The notes under the pieces are model-generated. The model saw only the letters and a list, made by a program, of their open reading frames with translations. It made no database searches and was not told the DNA's origin. Positions 24,485 through 33,434 of a DNA stretch of 64,000 nt are shown piece after piece. Source of the DNA: an uncultured Porphyromonadaceae bacterium (GTDB lineage Bacteria; Bacteroidota; Bacteroidia; Bacteroidales; Barnesiellaceae_A). Position 1 is the stretch's first letter; each line of letters begins with the position of its first letter. Location: assembly GCA_937891845.1 (NCBI GenBank), contig CALATP010000053.1:3709-67708 (forward strand), in the 5' to 3' direction. Both the position numbers and the translations under genes were made by a program.

Positions 24485-25600
24485 ATGAACGAAAAAATGA
24501 AAGTACTGATAAGCGGTGGTGGTACAGGCGGACATATTTTTCCCGCTGTGTCTATTGCCAACGAGATAAAACAACGTTATCCCGATGCCGAAATTCTATT
24601 TGTAGGCGCTGAAAACCGTATGGAGATGGAGAAAGTACCTGCTGCCGGTTATAAAATTATAGGCTTGCCCGTTCAAGGCTTCGACCGCAGCAACATTCTC
24701 CGCAATTTTAAGGTTATTGGCAACCTGTTTACAAGCATAAACAAGGCTCGCAAGATCGTAAAAGAATTCAAACCCGACATAGCTGTTGGTGTAGGCGGTT
24801 TTGCAAGTGGCCCGACGCTATGGGCAGCCTCACGAATGGGAGTTCCCACACTGTTACAAGAGCAGAACGGATTTGCAGGAGTGACCAACAAATTATTAGC
24901 TTCGCGAGCCGATGCGATATGCGTGGCTTATGAGGGGATGGAGCGATTCTTCCCTGCCGACCGCATCGTTCTCACCGGTAATCCTGTACGTCAGGATCTT
25001 TTCAATAACGACATAAAAAGAAGTGATGCCATAGAATTCTTTGGTCTTGATAAAAACAAGAAAACAATACTTGTGGTAGGAGGCAGTTTGGGCGCTCGCA
25101 CTATCAATCGCAGCATAGCAGGTGCCATCAAACAGTTGGCCGAAAGCGATGTCCAACTTATATGGCAAACGGGCAAATTGTATAACGAGGAGGCTCAGAG
25201 ACAATTGGCTCAAACACCTTGTAACAACATCAAGCAAATGCCTTTTATATCTCGTATGGATATGGCCTACGCGGCTGCCGACTTGGTTATTTCACGCGCC
25301 GGCGCCAGCTCTATATCAGAGTTGTGCTTGCTAGAAAAACCGGTTATACTAGTACCCTCACCCAATGTAGCCGAAGACCACCAAACAAAAAATGCGATGG
25401 CTCTATCCTCACGTGGTGCTGCGATACTTATCAGAGATGCTGATGCCGAACGTGACCTGGTAAACACAGCCCTACAACTGATTGCCGACAGCGTAAGTCT
25501 CGACACAATGTCACAGAAGATTGCAGAGATGGCACTGCCCAACTCGGCAGCACGCATCGTCGATATTATAACACAAATTGTTGAAAAAAACAGGAAATGA
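24485..25600 (+). CDS. murG: undecaprenyldiphospho-muramoylpentapeptide beta-N-acetylglucosaminyltransferase
   Basis: GGGTGGHIFPA motif; dcw position. Confidence 0.95.
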   Translation: MNEKMKVLISGGGTGGHIFPAVSIANEIKQRYPDAEILFVGAENRMEMEKVPAAGYKIIGLPVQGFDRSNILRNFKVIGNLFTSINKARKIVKEFKPDIAVGVGGFASGPTLWAASRMGVPTLLQEQNGFAGVTNKLLASRADAICVAYEGMERFFPADRIVLTGNPVRQDLFNNDIKRSDAIEFFGLDKNKKTILVVGGSLGARTINRSIAGAIKQLAESDVQLIWQTGKLYNEEAQRQLAQTPCNNIKQMPFISRMDMAYAAADLVISRAGASSISELCLLEKPVILVPSPNVAEDHQTKNAMALSSRGAAILIRDADAERDLVNTALQLIADSVSLDTMSQKIAEMALPNSAARIVDIITQIVEKNRK

Positions 25601-26973
25601 GAAAATTGGAAACATATAAGTCGGTCTACTTTGTAGGAGCCGGAGGTATAGGTATGAGTGCTTTGGTACGATACAGCCTATCCAAAGGTTTGCGAGTAGC
25701 CGGCTACGACCGTACCCCAACCCCTCTCACTCTACAATTGCAACAAGAGGGAGCAGAACTTTTCTTTGACGAATCGGCGTCACTTATACCCGATTATTGT
25801 CGCAATGCCGAAGACACATTGATAGTATATACTCCGGCTATCCCCAACGACCACGAAGGATTATTGTTTTTCCGACAAGGAGGTTTTGAAATTATCAAGC
25901 GTGCCCGACTATTGGGTATCATCACCCACTCACTCAAAGGGCTCTGCTTTGCCGGCACACACGGCAAGACAACAACATCGAGTATGGCAGCCCATATATT
26001 CACCCAGTCGGCTTCCGGTTGTAATGCTTTTTTGGGTGGTATTCTGCGCAACTATGATAGCAATCTTATCTTGTCACAAGCCAGTCCTTATGCTGTTGTA
26101 GAGGCCGACGAGTTTGACCGGTCTTTTCATCAGCTATTGCCATATATTGCTGTCATAACTTCAACCGACCCCGACCACCTCGATATTTATGGAACTGAGG
26201 AGGCATATTTGCAGAGTTTTGCTCACTTCACCTCTCTCATAGCTCCCGATGGCGCTTTGATATTGAAAAAAGGTGTGAAATTACAACCAATACTGCAACA
26301 AGGAGTACGCCTATACAGTTATTCAAAGGACGAAGGAGACTTCCACGTCGAAAACATACGCATCGGTGATGGTCACATATTTTTTGACTTTGTTGCACCC
26401 AACGGCCGAATTGACAACGTTGAATTGGGAGTACCCATAGAGATTAATATCGAAAATGCCATAGCAGCAATGGCATCGGCTTGGTTATGCGACATAGAAC
26501 CCGAAGCTATACGACAAGCCATTGCATCATTTCAAGGTGCCAAACGTCGTTTTGAATTCTGGTTGCGCACACCGCAAAAGGTAATGATTGATGACTATGC
26601 GCACCACCCCGATGAGTTGAAAGCCAGCATCAAGTCGGTCAAAGCCCTCTACCCCGACAAGAAACTTACAGTTATCTTTCAACCACACCTTTACACCCGC
26701 ACGCGCGATTTTGCTCCACAATTTGCCGAAGCATTATCATTGGCCGACGAAGTAATCTTGTTGAATATATATCCGGCTCGCGAGTTACCCATCGAAGGCG
26801 TGACTTCTCAAATAATATTTAATGATATTTCTTTGCCCAACAAAGAACTTTGTGTACGTGAAAAGTTGCTAGAAAGAATAAAAGAATATAACTTTGAAGT
26901 CTTGTTGACAATGGGAGCCGGCGACATAGATCGTCTGTTACCACAAATATGTGATATAGTGAAACAACAATGA
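25597..26973 (+). CDS. murC: UDP-N-acetylmuramate--L-alanine ligase
   Basis: GAGGIGMSAL, AGTHGKTTTSSM; ATGA overlap with murG. Confidence 0.95.
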   Translation: MRKLETYKSVYFVGAGGIGMSALVRYSLSKGLRVAGYDRTPTPLTLQLQQEGAELFFDESASLIPDYCRNAEDTLIVYTPAIPNDHEGLLFFRQGGFEIIKRARLLGIITHSLKGLCFAGTHGKTTTSSMAAHIFTQSASGCNAFLGGILRNYDSNLILSQASPYAVVEADEFDRSFHQLLPYIAVITSTDPDHLDIYGTEEAYLQSFAHFTSLIAPDGALILKKGVKLQPILQQGVRLYSYSKDEGDFHVENIRIGDGHIFFDFVAPNGRIDNVELGVPIEINIENAIAAMASAWLCDIEPEAIRQAIASFQGAKRRFEFWLRTPQKVMIDDYAHHPDELKASIKSVKALYPDKKLTVIFQPHLYTRTRDFAPQFAEALSLADEVILLNIYPARELPIEGVTSQIIFNDISLPNKELCVREKLLERIKEYNFEVLLTMGAGDIDRLLPQICDIVKQQ

Positions 26974-27731
26974 AACGTTTCTTGAAAATAACACTCATCA
27001 TAGTCCTTTTGGGCTACCTTATTGCCGCCTTTATACTTATTGGTAAAAAGGACAGCAGTGTTATATGCCATAAGTTTCATATTGTAGTAACTGACAGCAC
27101 CGAGTGCAACCTGATAAAGGCCGATGAATTACGATACTATCTTGATGAGAGAGGTCTACTACCCGAAGGGAAAAAGTTGGGCGAAATAAGCACATCGCAA
27201 ATAGAATATGCCATCAATGAGATAGATCTACTCACCAATACAGAGTGTTATTACAAAAGCAATGGTGAAGCATATCTCTATGTATCGCAAAAACGACCAA
27301 TAATGCGTGTAAGAACATACGACGAGGACGATTACTATGTAGATGCCAATGGCCAATATATTGCAACAGATACGATGTATGCGGCATACGTACCACTAGT
27401 GACCGGCTATCTCGATGAAGTCGTAACACCGGCCAGTCTGTTGCCTATGATACAATATATCGATGCACACGAATTTTGGCAAGCACAGACAGCTCAAATT
27501 TACGTCCTTCCCAATCGCGACATTTTGATATATCCTCGTGTAGGCAATCACGTGATTATGCTTGGTAATTCAGACAACTATGAGAAAAAACTGAACGCAG
27601 TACTGGAGTTATACCGTCAGCATATGCCATCAGTCGGTTGGGCTGCCTATGACACTATATCGGTCAAATATAAAGACCAAATAATCTGCACAAGAAGAGA
27701 TAAAAGTTATCGACACAATTCCTGGAATTAA
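26970..27731 (+). CDS. ftsQ: cell division protein FtsQ
   Basis: Single N-terminal TM plus a POTRA-like region, between murC and ftsA; ATGA overlap with murC. Confidence 0.8.
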   Translation: MKRFLKITLIIVLLGYLIAAFILIGKKDSSVICHKFHIVVTDSTECNLIKADELRYYLDERGLLPEGKKLGEISTSQIEYAINEIDLLTNTECYYKSNGEAYLYVSQKRPIMRVRTYDEDDYYVDANGQYIATDTMYAAYVPLVTGYLDEVVTPASLLPMIQYIDAHEFWQAQTAQIYVLPNRDILIYPRVGNHVIMLGNSDNYEKKLNAVLELYRQHMPSVGWAAYDTISVKYKDQIICTRRDKSYRHNSWN

Positions 27732-27746
27732 ATTAATAATAAATAT

Positions 27747-29096
27747 ATGAATGAGTATATTGTAGCAATTGAGTTTGGCAGCACCAAGATAGTAGGTATT
27801 GCCGGTTACCGAGACGAAAAAGGGCTATTGGTCGTTTCGGCAATAGATGAAATCAGCACCACCGGCATTGTCAAGCGCGGTTGTGTACAGAATGTAGAGG
27901 AGGCATTTTCTTGCGTAAAAAAACTGATAAGAATGCTTGAAAATCGCCTGGCACCTGCCAAGATTGTAAAGGTATATGTAGGTGTAGGTGGTGTATCGGT
28001 TTCGGCCGAAGAGAAAATAACCAGCCTATCCTATCACGAAGATAGCATCATAAAGCAATCGGATGTATTGAAACTCAAAGAAGAGTGTCGCAATATGCTT
28101 CCTTCGGGTATCGATACCCTTGATATCGTTCCGGCAGGATTTATCATCGATGGTCGTCCCGAGCGCAATGCCATAGGTGTTACAGGTACCAATGTTGAAG
28201 CCCACTACAAACTTATTACGGCCAAACAAGTATTAAAGAAAAATATCGACCGTTGTATTGTAGAACGCCTCAAACTACCCATTGCCGGTTATATAACATC
28301 GGCTCTTGCCACTGCCGACGTTGTGTTATCGAAAGAAGAACGTATGCTGGGTTGTGCTTTGGTAGACTTTGGTGCCGAAACAACTACTGTATCGGTATAC
28401 AAAAACGACACACTGGTACTACTCGAAACTCTGCCTATGGGTGGTCGCAATATAACTCGTGATATTATGAGCCTCAACCTCATTGCCAGCGAAGCCGAGC
28501 GATTGAAAATCGACTCAGGTATGGCCAAAGGTTTTAAGAGTGAGAACAATGCACCACTCAAATTTGAAGGCGACAATATGGTAGACATTGATCGCGCCAA
28601 ACTTTCATTGGTTGTAGAGGCTCGTTCCGAAGAGATTATAGCCAACGTAGAGGAACAAATAAAACGTTCGGGGCTCGAACGCAAAGAACTCACAGCCGGT
28701 GTTATCGTATTGGGAGGTGCCACCAAACTAAGAAGATGGAACGAACTTCTTGAAGAGCGTCTTGGTATGAAAGTACGTGTAGCCGCACTACGCAAGGACA
28801 TTCAAGTTGTAGAAAAAGAGTTACAATATATCAACGAATATATGCAAGCTGTAGGTTTGCTTTACGCAGCCAAAGAAGATTGTACATTTACATCCGACCT
28901 TGCTAAGGTTGATAAAGAGCCTCCGGTAGTAATATCAGTAGACACCCCCGAAGAGGAGGAAGAAGAGCTGGTAATCACTCCTGAGAAAGTCGTAAAACCT
29001 CGTCGCCAAAACATTTTCACACGCCTCTTTGATAAGTTTGGACAACTCATCGAAGAAGGTGAAAATGATTATGAAGATGATGATGAAACCAAATAA
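27747..29096 (+). CDS. ftsA: cell division protein FtsA
   Basis: Actin-like fold motifs (IEFGSTKIVGIAG, DFGAETTTVSVY, VLGGATKL). C-terminal amphipathic helix NIFTRLFDKFGQLI. Confidence 0.95.
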   Translation: MNEYIVAIEFGSTKIVGIAGYRDEKGLLVVSAIDEISTTGIVKRGCVQNVEEAFSCVKKLIRMLENRLAPAKIVKVYVGVGGVSVSAEEKITSLSYHEDSIIKQSDVLKLKEECRNMLPSGIDTLDIVPAGFIIDGRPERNAIGVTGTNVEAHYKLITAKQVLKKNIDRCIVERLKLPIAGYITSALATADVVLSKEERMLGCALVDFGAETTTVSVYKNDTLVLLETLPMGGRNITRDIMSLNLIASEAERLKIDSGMAKGFKSENNAPLKFEGDNMVDIDRAKLSLVVEARSEEIIANVEEQIKRSGLERKELTAGVIVLGGATKLRRWNELLEERLGMKVRVAALRKDIQVVEKELQYINEYMQAVGLLYAAKEDCTFTSDLAKVDKEPPVVISVDTPEEEEEELVITPEKVVKPRRQNIFTRLFDKFGQLIEEGENDYEDDDETK

Positions 29097-29118
29097 GAAC
29101 CTATAAAACGGAAATACT

Positions 29119-30453
29119 ATGCCCGAAGATATAAAAAACCTCACCCCGTTTGCCGATATGGGTGATGCACAACCAGAAGAAAAATTAAGCACCGAAATGA
29201 TGATTATCGGTGTTGGAGGCGGTGGTGGTAATGCAGTACGCTATATGTACAACCGACGCAACATTGATAGCATCAGATATGTAGTATGTAATACCGATTC
29301 TCAAGCGCTCAACGAGTCGGGTATACCCACCAGACTATTGCTGGGTCCTACTGTAACCAAAGGTGGTGGAGCCGGAAATATGCCCGATGTGGCTCGCGCT
29401 GCGGCCGAAGAGAGTGTAGAAGATATTAAGGCTCTACTATCAACCTCACCGATGCCCAATATGGTATTTATCACAGCCGGTATGGGTGGTGGTACAGGTA
29501 CCGGTGCAGCCCCTGTTGTAGCTCGTGTTGCCAAAGAATTGGGTATTCTCACCATCGGTATTGTTACACTTCCTTTCCTCTTTGAGGGTCTACCCAAAAT
29601 CAAGAAAGCTCTTTCGTACATCGAAGAAATGCGCAAACACGTCGATGCACTGCTTGTCATCAACAATGAGCGTCTGCGCGAGGTATATCCCAACCTCACA
29701 TTTATGAATGCCTTCTCTAAGGCCGATGATATTCTTGCTACTGCGGCCGGCAGTATCATTGAAATTATCATTCGCGATGGATATGTCAACTGCGACTTCC
29801 GAGATGTGCGCTCTACACTCTTCGAGGGAGGCACTGCAATCATCAGTACTGGCTATGGAGAGGGTCAAGGTCGCGTCACCTCGGCAATTGAAGATGCCAT
29901 ACGTTCACCGCTGCTGAAAAATGCCGACATTTATACATCCAAAAGCCTGCTTATGGTTGTTTACCTATCGCCCGACGAAGATAAACAGATGACATTGGCC
30001 GAGAGTGATGAACTCACTGCATTCACCTCTAAATTTGTAAATGCACCCGACGTTATCACCGGTATATATTTTGATGACCAGATAGGCGATAAGATGAAGA
30101 TTACAATCCTAGCATCGGGTTTTGAGGCTAGTGATTCTGTATCGGTGCCGGTTACCAGTCGCAACACAAATACCGGCAAGCCAAATGATACTAATCAGAT
30201 AATTGAAAATGAGGTAGTACACAACTATGGACACGACGTTGTACGCGATATAGAACGTAAACGGATGCAGATTGCCGTCCTCACACCCGAGCAAATGGAC
30301 AATGATGTATTGCTCGAAATTTTTGATGGAGAGCCCACATACAACCGTACTGCCGACTTTAAGCAACGCCTTCTCAATGCCGGAACTGCTCGTAATACCG
30401 AACCTGCTACCAACATCGAGAGCGGCACAAAAACTATTAATTTTGGAGACTAA
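29119..30453 (+). CDS. ftsZ: cell division GTPase FtsZ
   Basis: GVGGGGGNAV and GMGGGTGTGAAPV tubulin signature. Confidence 0.95.
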   Translation: MPEDIKNLTPFADMGDAQPEEKLSTEMMIIGVGGGGGNAVRYMYNRRNIDSIRYVVCNTDSQALNESGIPTRLLLGPTVTKGGGAGNMPDVARAAAEESVEDIKALLSTSPMPNMVFITAGMGGGTGTGAAPVVARVAKELGILTIGIVTLPFLFEGLPKIKKALSYIEEMRKHVDALLVINNERLREVYPNLTFMNAFSKADDILATAAGSIIEIIIRDGYVNCDFRDVRSTLFEGGTAIISTGYGEGQGRVTSAIEDAIRSPLLKNADIYTSKSLLMVVYLSPDEDKQMTLAESDELTAFTSKFVNAPDVITGIYFDDQIGDKMKITILASGFEASDSVSVPVTSRNTNTGKPNDTNQIIENEVVHNYGHDVVRDIERKRMQIAVLTPEQMDNDVLLEIFDGEPTYNRTADFKQRLLNAGTARNTEPATNIESGTKTINFGD

Positions 30454-30467
30454 AAAATATATTTACA

Positions 30468-30920
30468 ATGAACTTGTTTGATACTGTCAGCACCGACATC
30501 AAGAATGCAATGCTGGCCAAAGATAGAGTAAAATTGGAAGCTCTGCGCGGCGTGAAAAAAGAGTTTCTTGAAGCCAAAACAGCCAAGGGTGGTAATGGTG
30601 AACTTACCGACGAGGCCGCGTTGAAAATTCTTACCAAAATGGTAAAGCAACGTCGCGAAAGTGCTACTATTTATAAAGAACAAAATCGTCCCGAACTTGC
30701 CGAAAGCGAACTTGCCGAGGCTGCTATTATAGAGGCCTACTTACCCAAACAACTCACCGAAGAAGAGTTGACAACCGAACTAAACGCTGTTATAGCCGAG
30801 GTAGGTGCCAACGGCCCGCAAGATATGGGCAAAGTGATGGGCGTAGCCTCAAAGAGATTGGCCGGTCGCGCCGACGGTCGTGCCATTTCGACCAAAGTCA
30901 AAGAATTATTGAACAAATAA
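30468..30920 (+). CDS. GatB/YqeY domain-containing protein
   Basis: 150 aa; N-terminus LFDTVSTDIKNAMLAKDRVKLEALRGVK is typical of the YqeY family. Confidence 0.85.
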   Translation: MNLFDTVSTDIKNAMLAKDRVKLEALRGVKKEFLEAKTAKGGNGELTDEAALKILTKMVKQRRESATIYKEQNRPELAESELAEAAIIEAYLPKQLTEEELTTELNAVIAEVGANGPQDMGKVMGVASKRLAGRADGRAISTKVKELLNK

Positions 30921-30939
30921 TGTTGTAATACGTTTAGAA

Positions 30940-32211
30940 ATGCTTACACTTGATACTATTAAGAAAAATACCGAAGAGGTTATTGCTCGTCTGGCAATAA
31001 AACACTTCGATGGTCGTGAAAAAATAGAACGCATCATAGAGCTAGACAAGACTCGTCGTGCATCACAAAATGAATTGGATGCCCGATTGGCCGAACTCAA
31101 AAAATTGGCTGCCGAAATAGGTAAGTTGATGAAAGAAGGCAAACGTGATGAAGCCGAGGCTGTAAAAACTCGTGTTGCCGATATGAAAGCCGGCAATGTA
31201 GCTATTGAAGAGGCTATGGTCACTGCCGAGAAAGAAATTACCGATATATTGCTCACCATCCCCAATCTCCCCTGCGATGCAGTACCACAAGGTCGCACTG
31301 CCGAGGACAACATCATAGAGAAAGAAGGTGGTGTAATTCCCCAATTGGGCGAAGATGCACTTCCTCACTGGGAATTGGCCAAGAAGTATGACCTCATCGA
31401 CTTTGAGTTGGGTGTAAAAATTACCGGTGCCGGTTTCCCCGTATATAAAGGCAAAGGTGCCCGCTTGCAACGTGCCCTCATTTCGTTCTTCCTCGACCGC
31501 GCACGCGAGGCCGGTTATCTCGAGATACAACCTCCTTATGTGGTCAATGAGGCTTCGGGCTACGGTACAGGTCAATTACCCGACAAAGAGGGTCAAATGT
31601 ACTGTTGCACAGCCGACAACCTTTACCTTATTCCCACAGCCGAGGTTCCTGTAACCAATCTATATCGTGATGTGATATTCAATGAGAATGAACTTCCTAT
31701 TAAGAACGCAGCCTACTCGGCTTGTTTCCGTCGTGAGGCCGGCTCTTACGGTAAGGATGTACGTGGACTCAACCGCCTGCACCAATTTGACAAGGTTGAA
31801 ATTGTACAAATACAACACCCCGACCACTCTGCTACCGCATTGGAGGAGATGAAAGACCACGTACAAAGCCTTGTTGAAGCTCTCGAATTGCCTTGGCACA
31901 TCTTGCGCTTGTGTGGTGGTGATATGAGCTTTACATCGGCCATAACATTCGACTTTGAAGTTTATTCTGCTGCTCAAAAACGTTGGTTGGAAGTAAGTTC
32001 AGTATCAAACTTTGAAAGCTATCAGGCCAACCGCTTGAAATGCCGTTATCGCGGTGCCGATAAGAAAACACACCTCTGTCACACGCTCAACGGTAGTGCT
32101 TTGGCGTTGCCTCGCATTATGGCTGCCCTATTGGAGAACAACCAAACGCCCGAAGGTATTCGTATTCCTCGCGCTCTTGTTCCCTACACCGGATTTGATA
32201 TCATAGACTAG
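30940..32211 (+). CDS. serS: serine--tRNA ligase
   Basis: N-terminal coiled-coil, TAEVPVTN, FRREAGSYG class II motifs. Confidence 0.95.
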   Translation: MLTLDTIKKNTEEVIARLAIKHFDGREKIERIIELDKTRRASQNELDARLAELKKLAAEIGKLMKEGKRDEAEAVKTRVADMKAGNVAIEEAMVTAEKEITDILLTIPNLPCDAVPQGRTAEDNIIEKEGGVIPQLGEDALPHWELAKKYDLIDFELGVKITGAGFPVYKGKGARLQRALISFFLDRAREAGYLEIQPPYVVNEASGYGTGQLPDKEGQMYCCTADNLYLIPTAEVPVTNLYRDVIFNENELPIKNAAYSACFRREAGSYGKDVRGLNRLHQFDKVEIVQIQHPDHSATALEEMKDHVQSLVEALELPWHILRLCGGDMSFTSAITFDFEVYSAAQKRWLEVSSVSNFESYQANRLKCRYRGADKKTHLCHTLNGSALALPRIMAALLENNQTPEGIRIPRALVPYTGFDIID

Positions 32212-32260
32212 ATTTCTTATATACAGAGTATTTCCCAATAGATTCTCGTCTACGTTAAAA

Positions 32261-32301
32261 GGAAGCTCGACAGCCGATGGCTGTCGAGCTTCCCTTTTTT
32301 T
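32261..32301 (+). terminator. rho-independent terminator after serS
   Basis: 15-bp perfect stem GGAAGCTCGACAGCC (32261-32275) / GGCTGTCGAGCTTCC (32279-32293) plus T7. Confidence 0.85.
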
Positions 32302-32342
32302 ACACAACTTATTAAATTCTTTTCCTTACGAAAAAAACAAGG

Positions 32343-32675
32343 TTATTTTCTAGCCCATTTAATACCCCATACACCTAAAGCAACCGCCCACACAACGATT
32401 ATTGCAACAATTATAAGCGTTACTATCATAGCCTGTTTCTCATCAAGAAAGGCAATAGTACACAATAGAGGAAGTAACACAGCTATTCCATACAGCATAA
32501 CAGAAATAACCCTACGCAGACGCAAAATATTGTATTGAGCCTTCTCTTCGGGCGATGAAGTATTATAACCGGCAATAAACTCATCGGCCTCACCTCGAGC
32601 TATACTGCGTGCAAGCCATACAAAACCTAGCGCACACAAGAGTATAATGACACTGTATAGAACAATAAAGACCAT
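32343..32675 (-). CDS. DUF3784-like small membrane protein
   Basis: AGYNTSSPEEKAQYN motif between TM helices; 110 aa. Confidence 0.6.
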   Translation of the reverse strand: MVFIVLYSVIILLCALGFVWLARSIARGEADEFIAGYNTSSPEEKAQYNILRLRRVISVMLYGIAVLLPLLCTIAFLDEKQAMIVTLIIVAIIVVWAVALGVWGIKWARK

Positions 32676-32686
32676 ATTACCGTAGA

Positions 32687-33265
32687 TTACTCACCCCTTG
32701 CTATGCGATTGCGTATGCGACTGAGTGTTTCTTGTGAGATATTGAGATACTGAGAAATATACTTGAGCGGAATTTGCGCAATTGTTTTCTTGCCTCTCAT
32801 CTTGATATACTGCTGATAACGAGTATATGCGTCACCGATACTGGTGAGCGTACTTCTCTTCTCAAGGGTATAAAGTTGATATAGCTGATAATGACTCTGC
32901 CAACGCATAAGGTCGGGGCATTCGTCACAAACAGCCCAAAAGTCATCAAAAGAGATACTATATACTTCAACATCGCTGATAGCCTCGAACGAAGTTTGCG
33001 AAGGCTGACCAAACACTATCGAAGCCAATGACACAAACAGATTGCCTGCTACGCCAAATAATATGGTGGCTTCGGTACCTGCATTCTCGTATAGGCAACG
33101 AACAACACCCGATTTCACTATATATAAATGTGAAGATTTACTTCCTTGCTGCACTATTCGCGTTCCCTTACTGTATTTCTCATATTCCAACAATAACTTC
33201 AACCTTTCAATAGTAGCATCTTCTATATGGTATATATCACGAAACGCTTGCGCTATATCACTCAT
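32687..33265 (-). CDS. Crp/Fnr-family transcriptional regulator
   Basis: cNMP-binding-like N-terminal domain plus C-terminal HTH (ISQYLNISQETLSRIRN); 192 aa. Confidence 0.8.
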   Translation of the reverse strand: MSDIAQAFRDIYHIEDATIERLKLLLEYEKYSKGTRIVQQGSKSSHLYIVKSGVVRCLYENAGTEATILFGVAGNLFVSLASIVFGQPSQTSFEAISDVEVYSISFDDFWAVCDECPDLMRWQSHYQLYQLYTLEKRSTLTSIGDAYTRYQQYIKMRGKKTIAQIPLKYISQYLNISQETLSRIRNRIARGE

Positions 33266-33434
33266 AACTTGTCAAAATTTTGTTCAAATGTAAGTTTGCT
33301 TGCCAAAGATACCATTTTTTTTGTAAAAAAATAATAATTTGACAAATATCAATTTCGAATATATAAATTTGGATTATATTTGCAAAAAATAAGTTATATA
33401 CATTGTTAAGGATTTAAGGCTCCATCCTTTCACA

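Noticed and set aside
28289-29843. 170-aa and 180-aa antisense ORFs opposite ftsA and ftsZ. Similar ones lie opposite serS (30906-31575) and lpdA (50582-51130).
   Set aside because: They are Ser/Arg/Pro-rich shadow frames of highly conserved genes.
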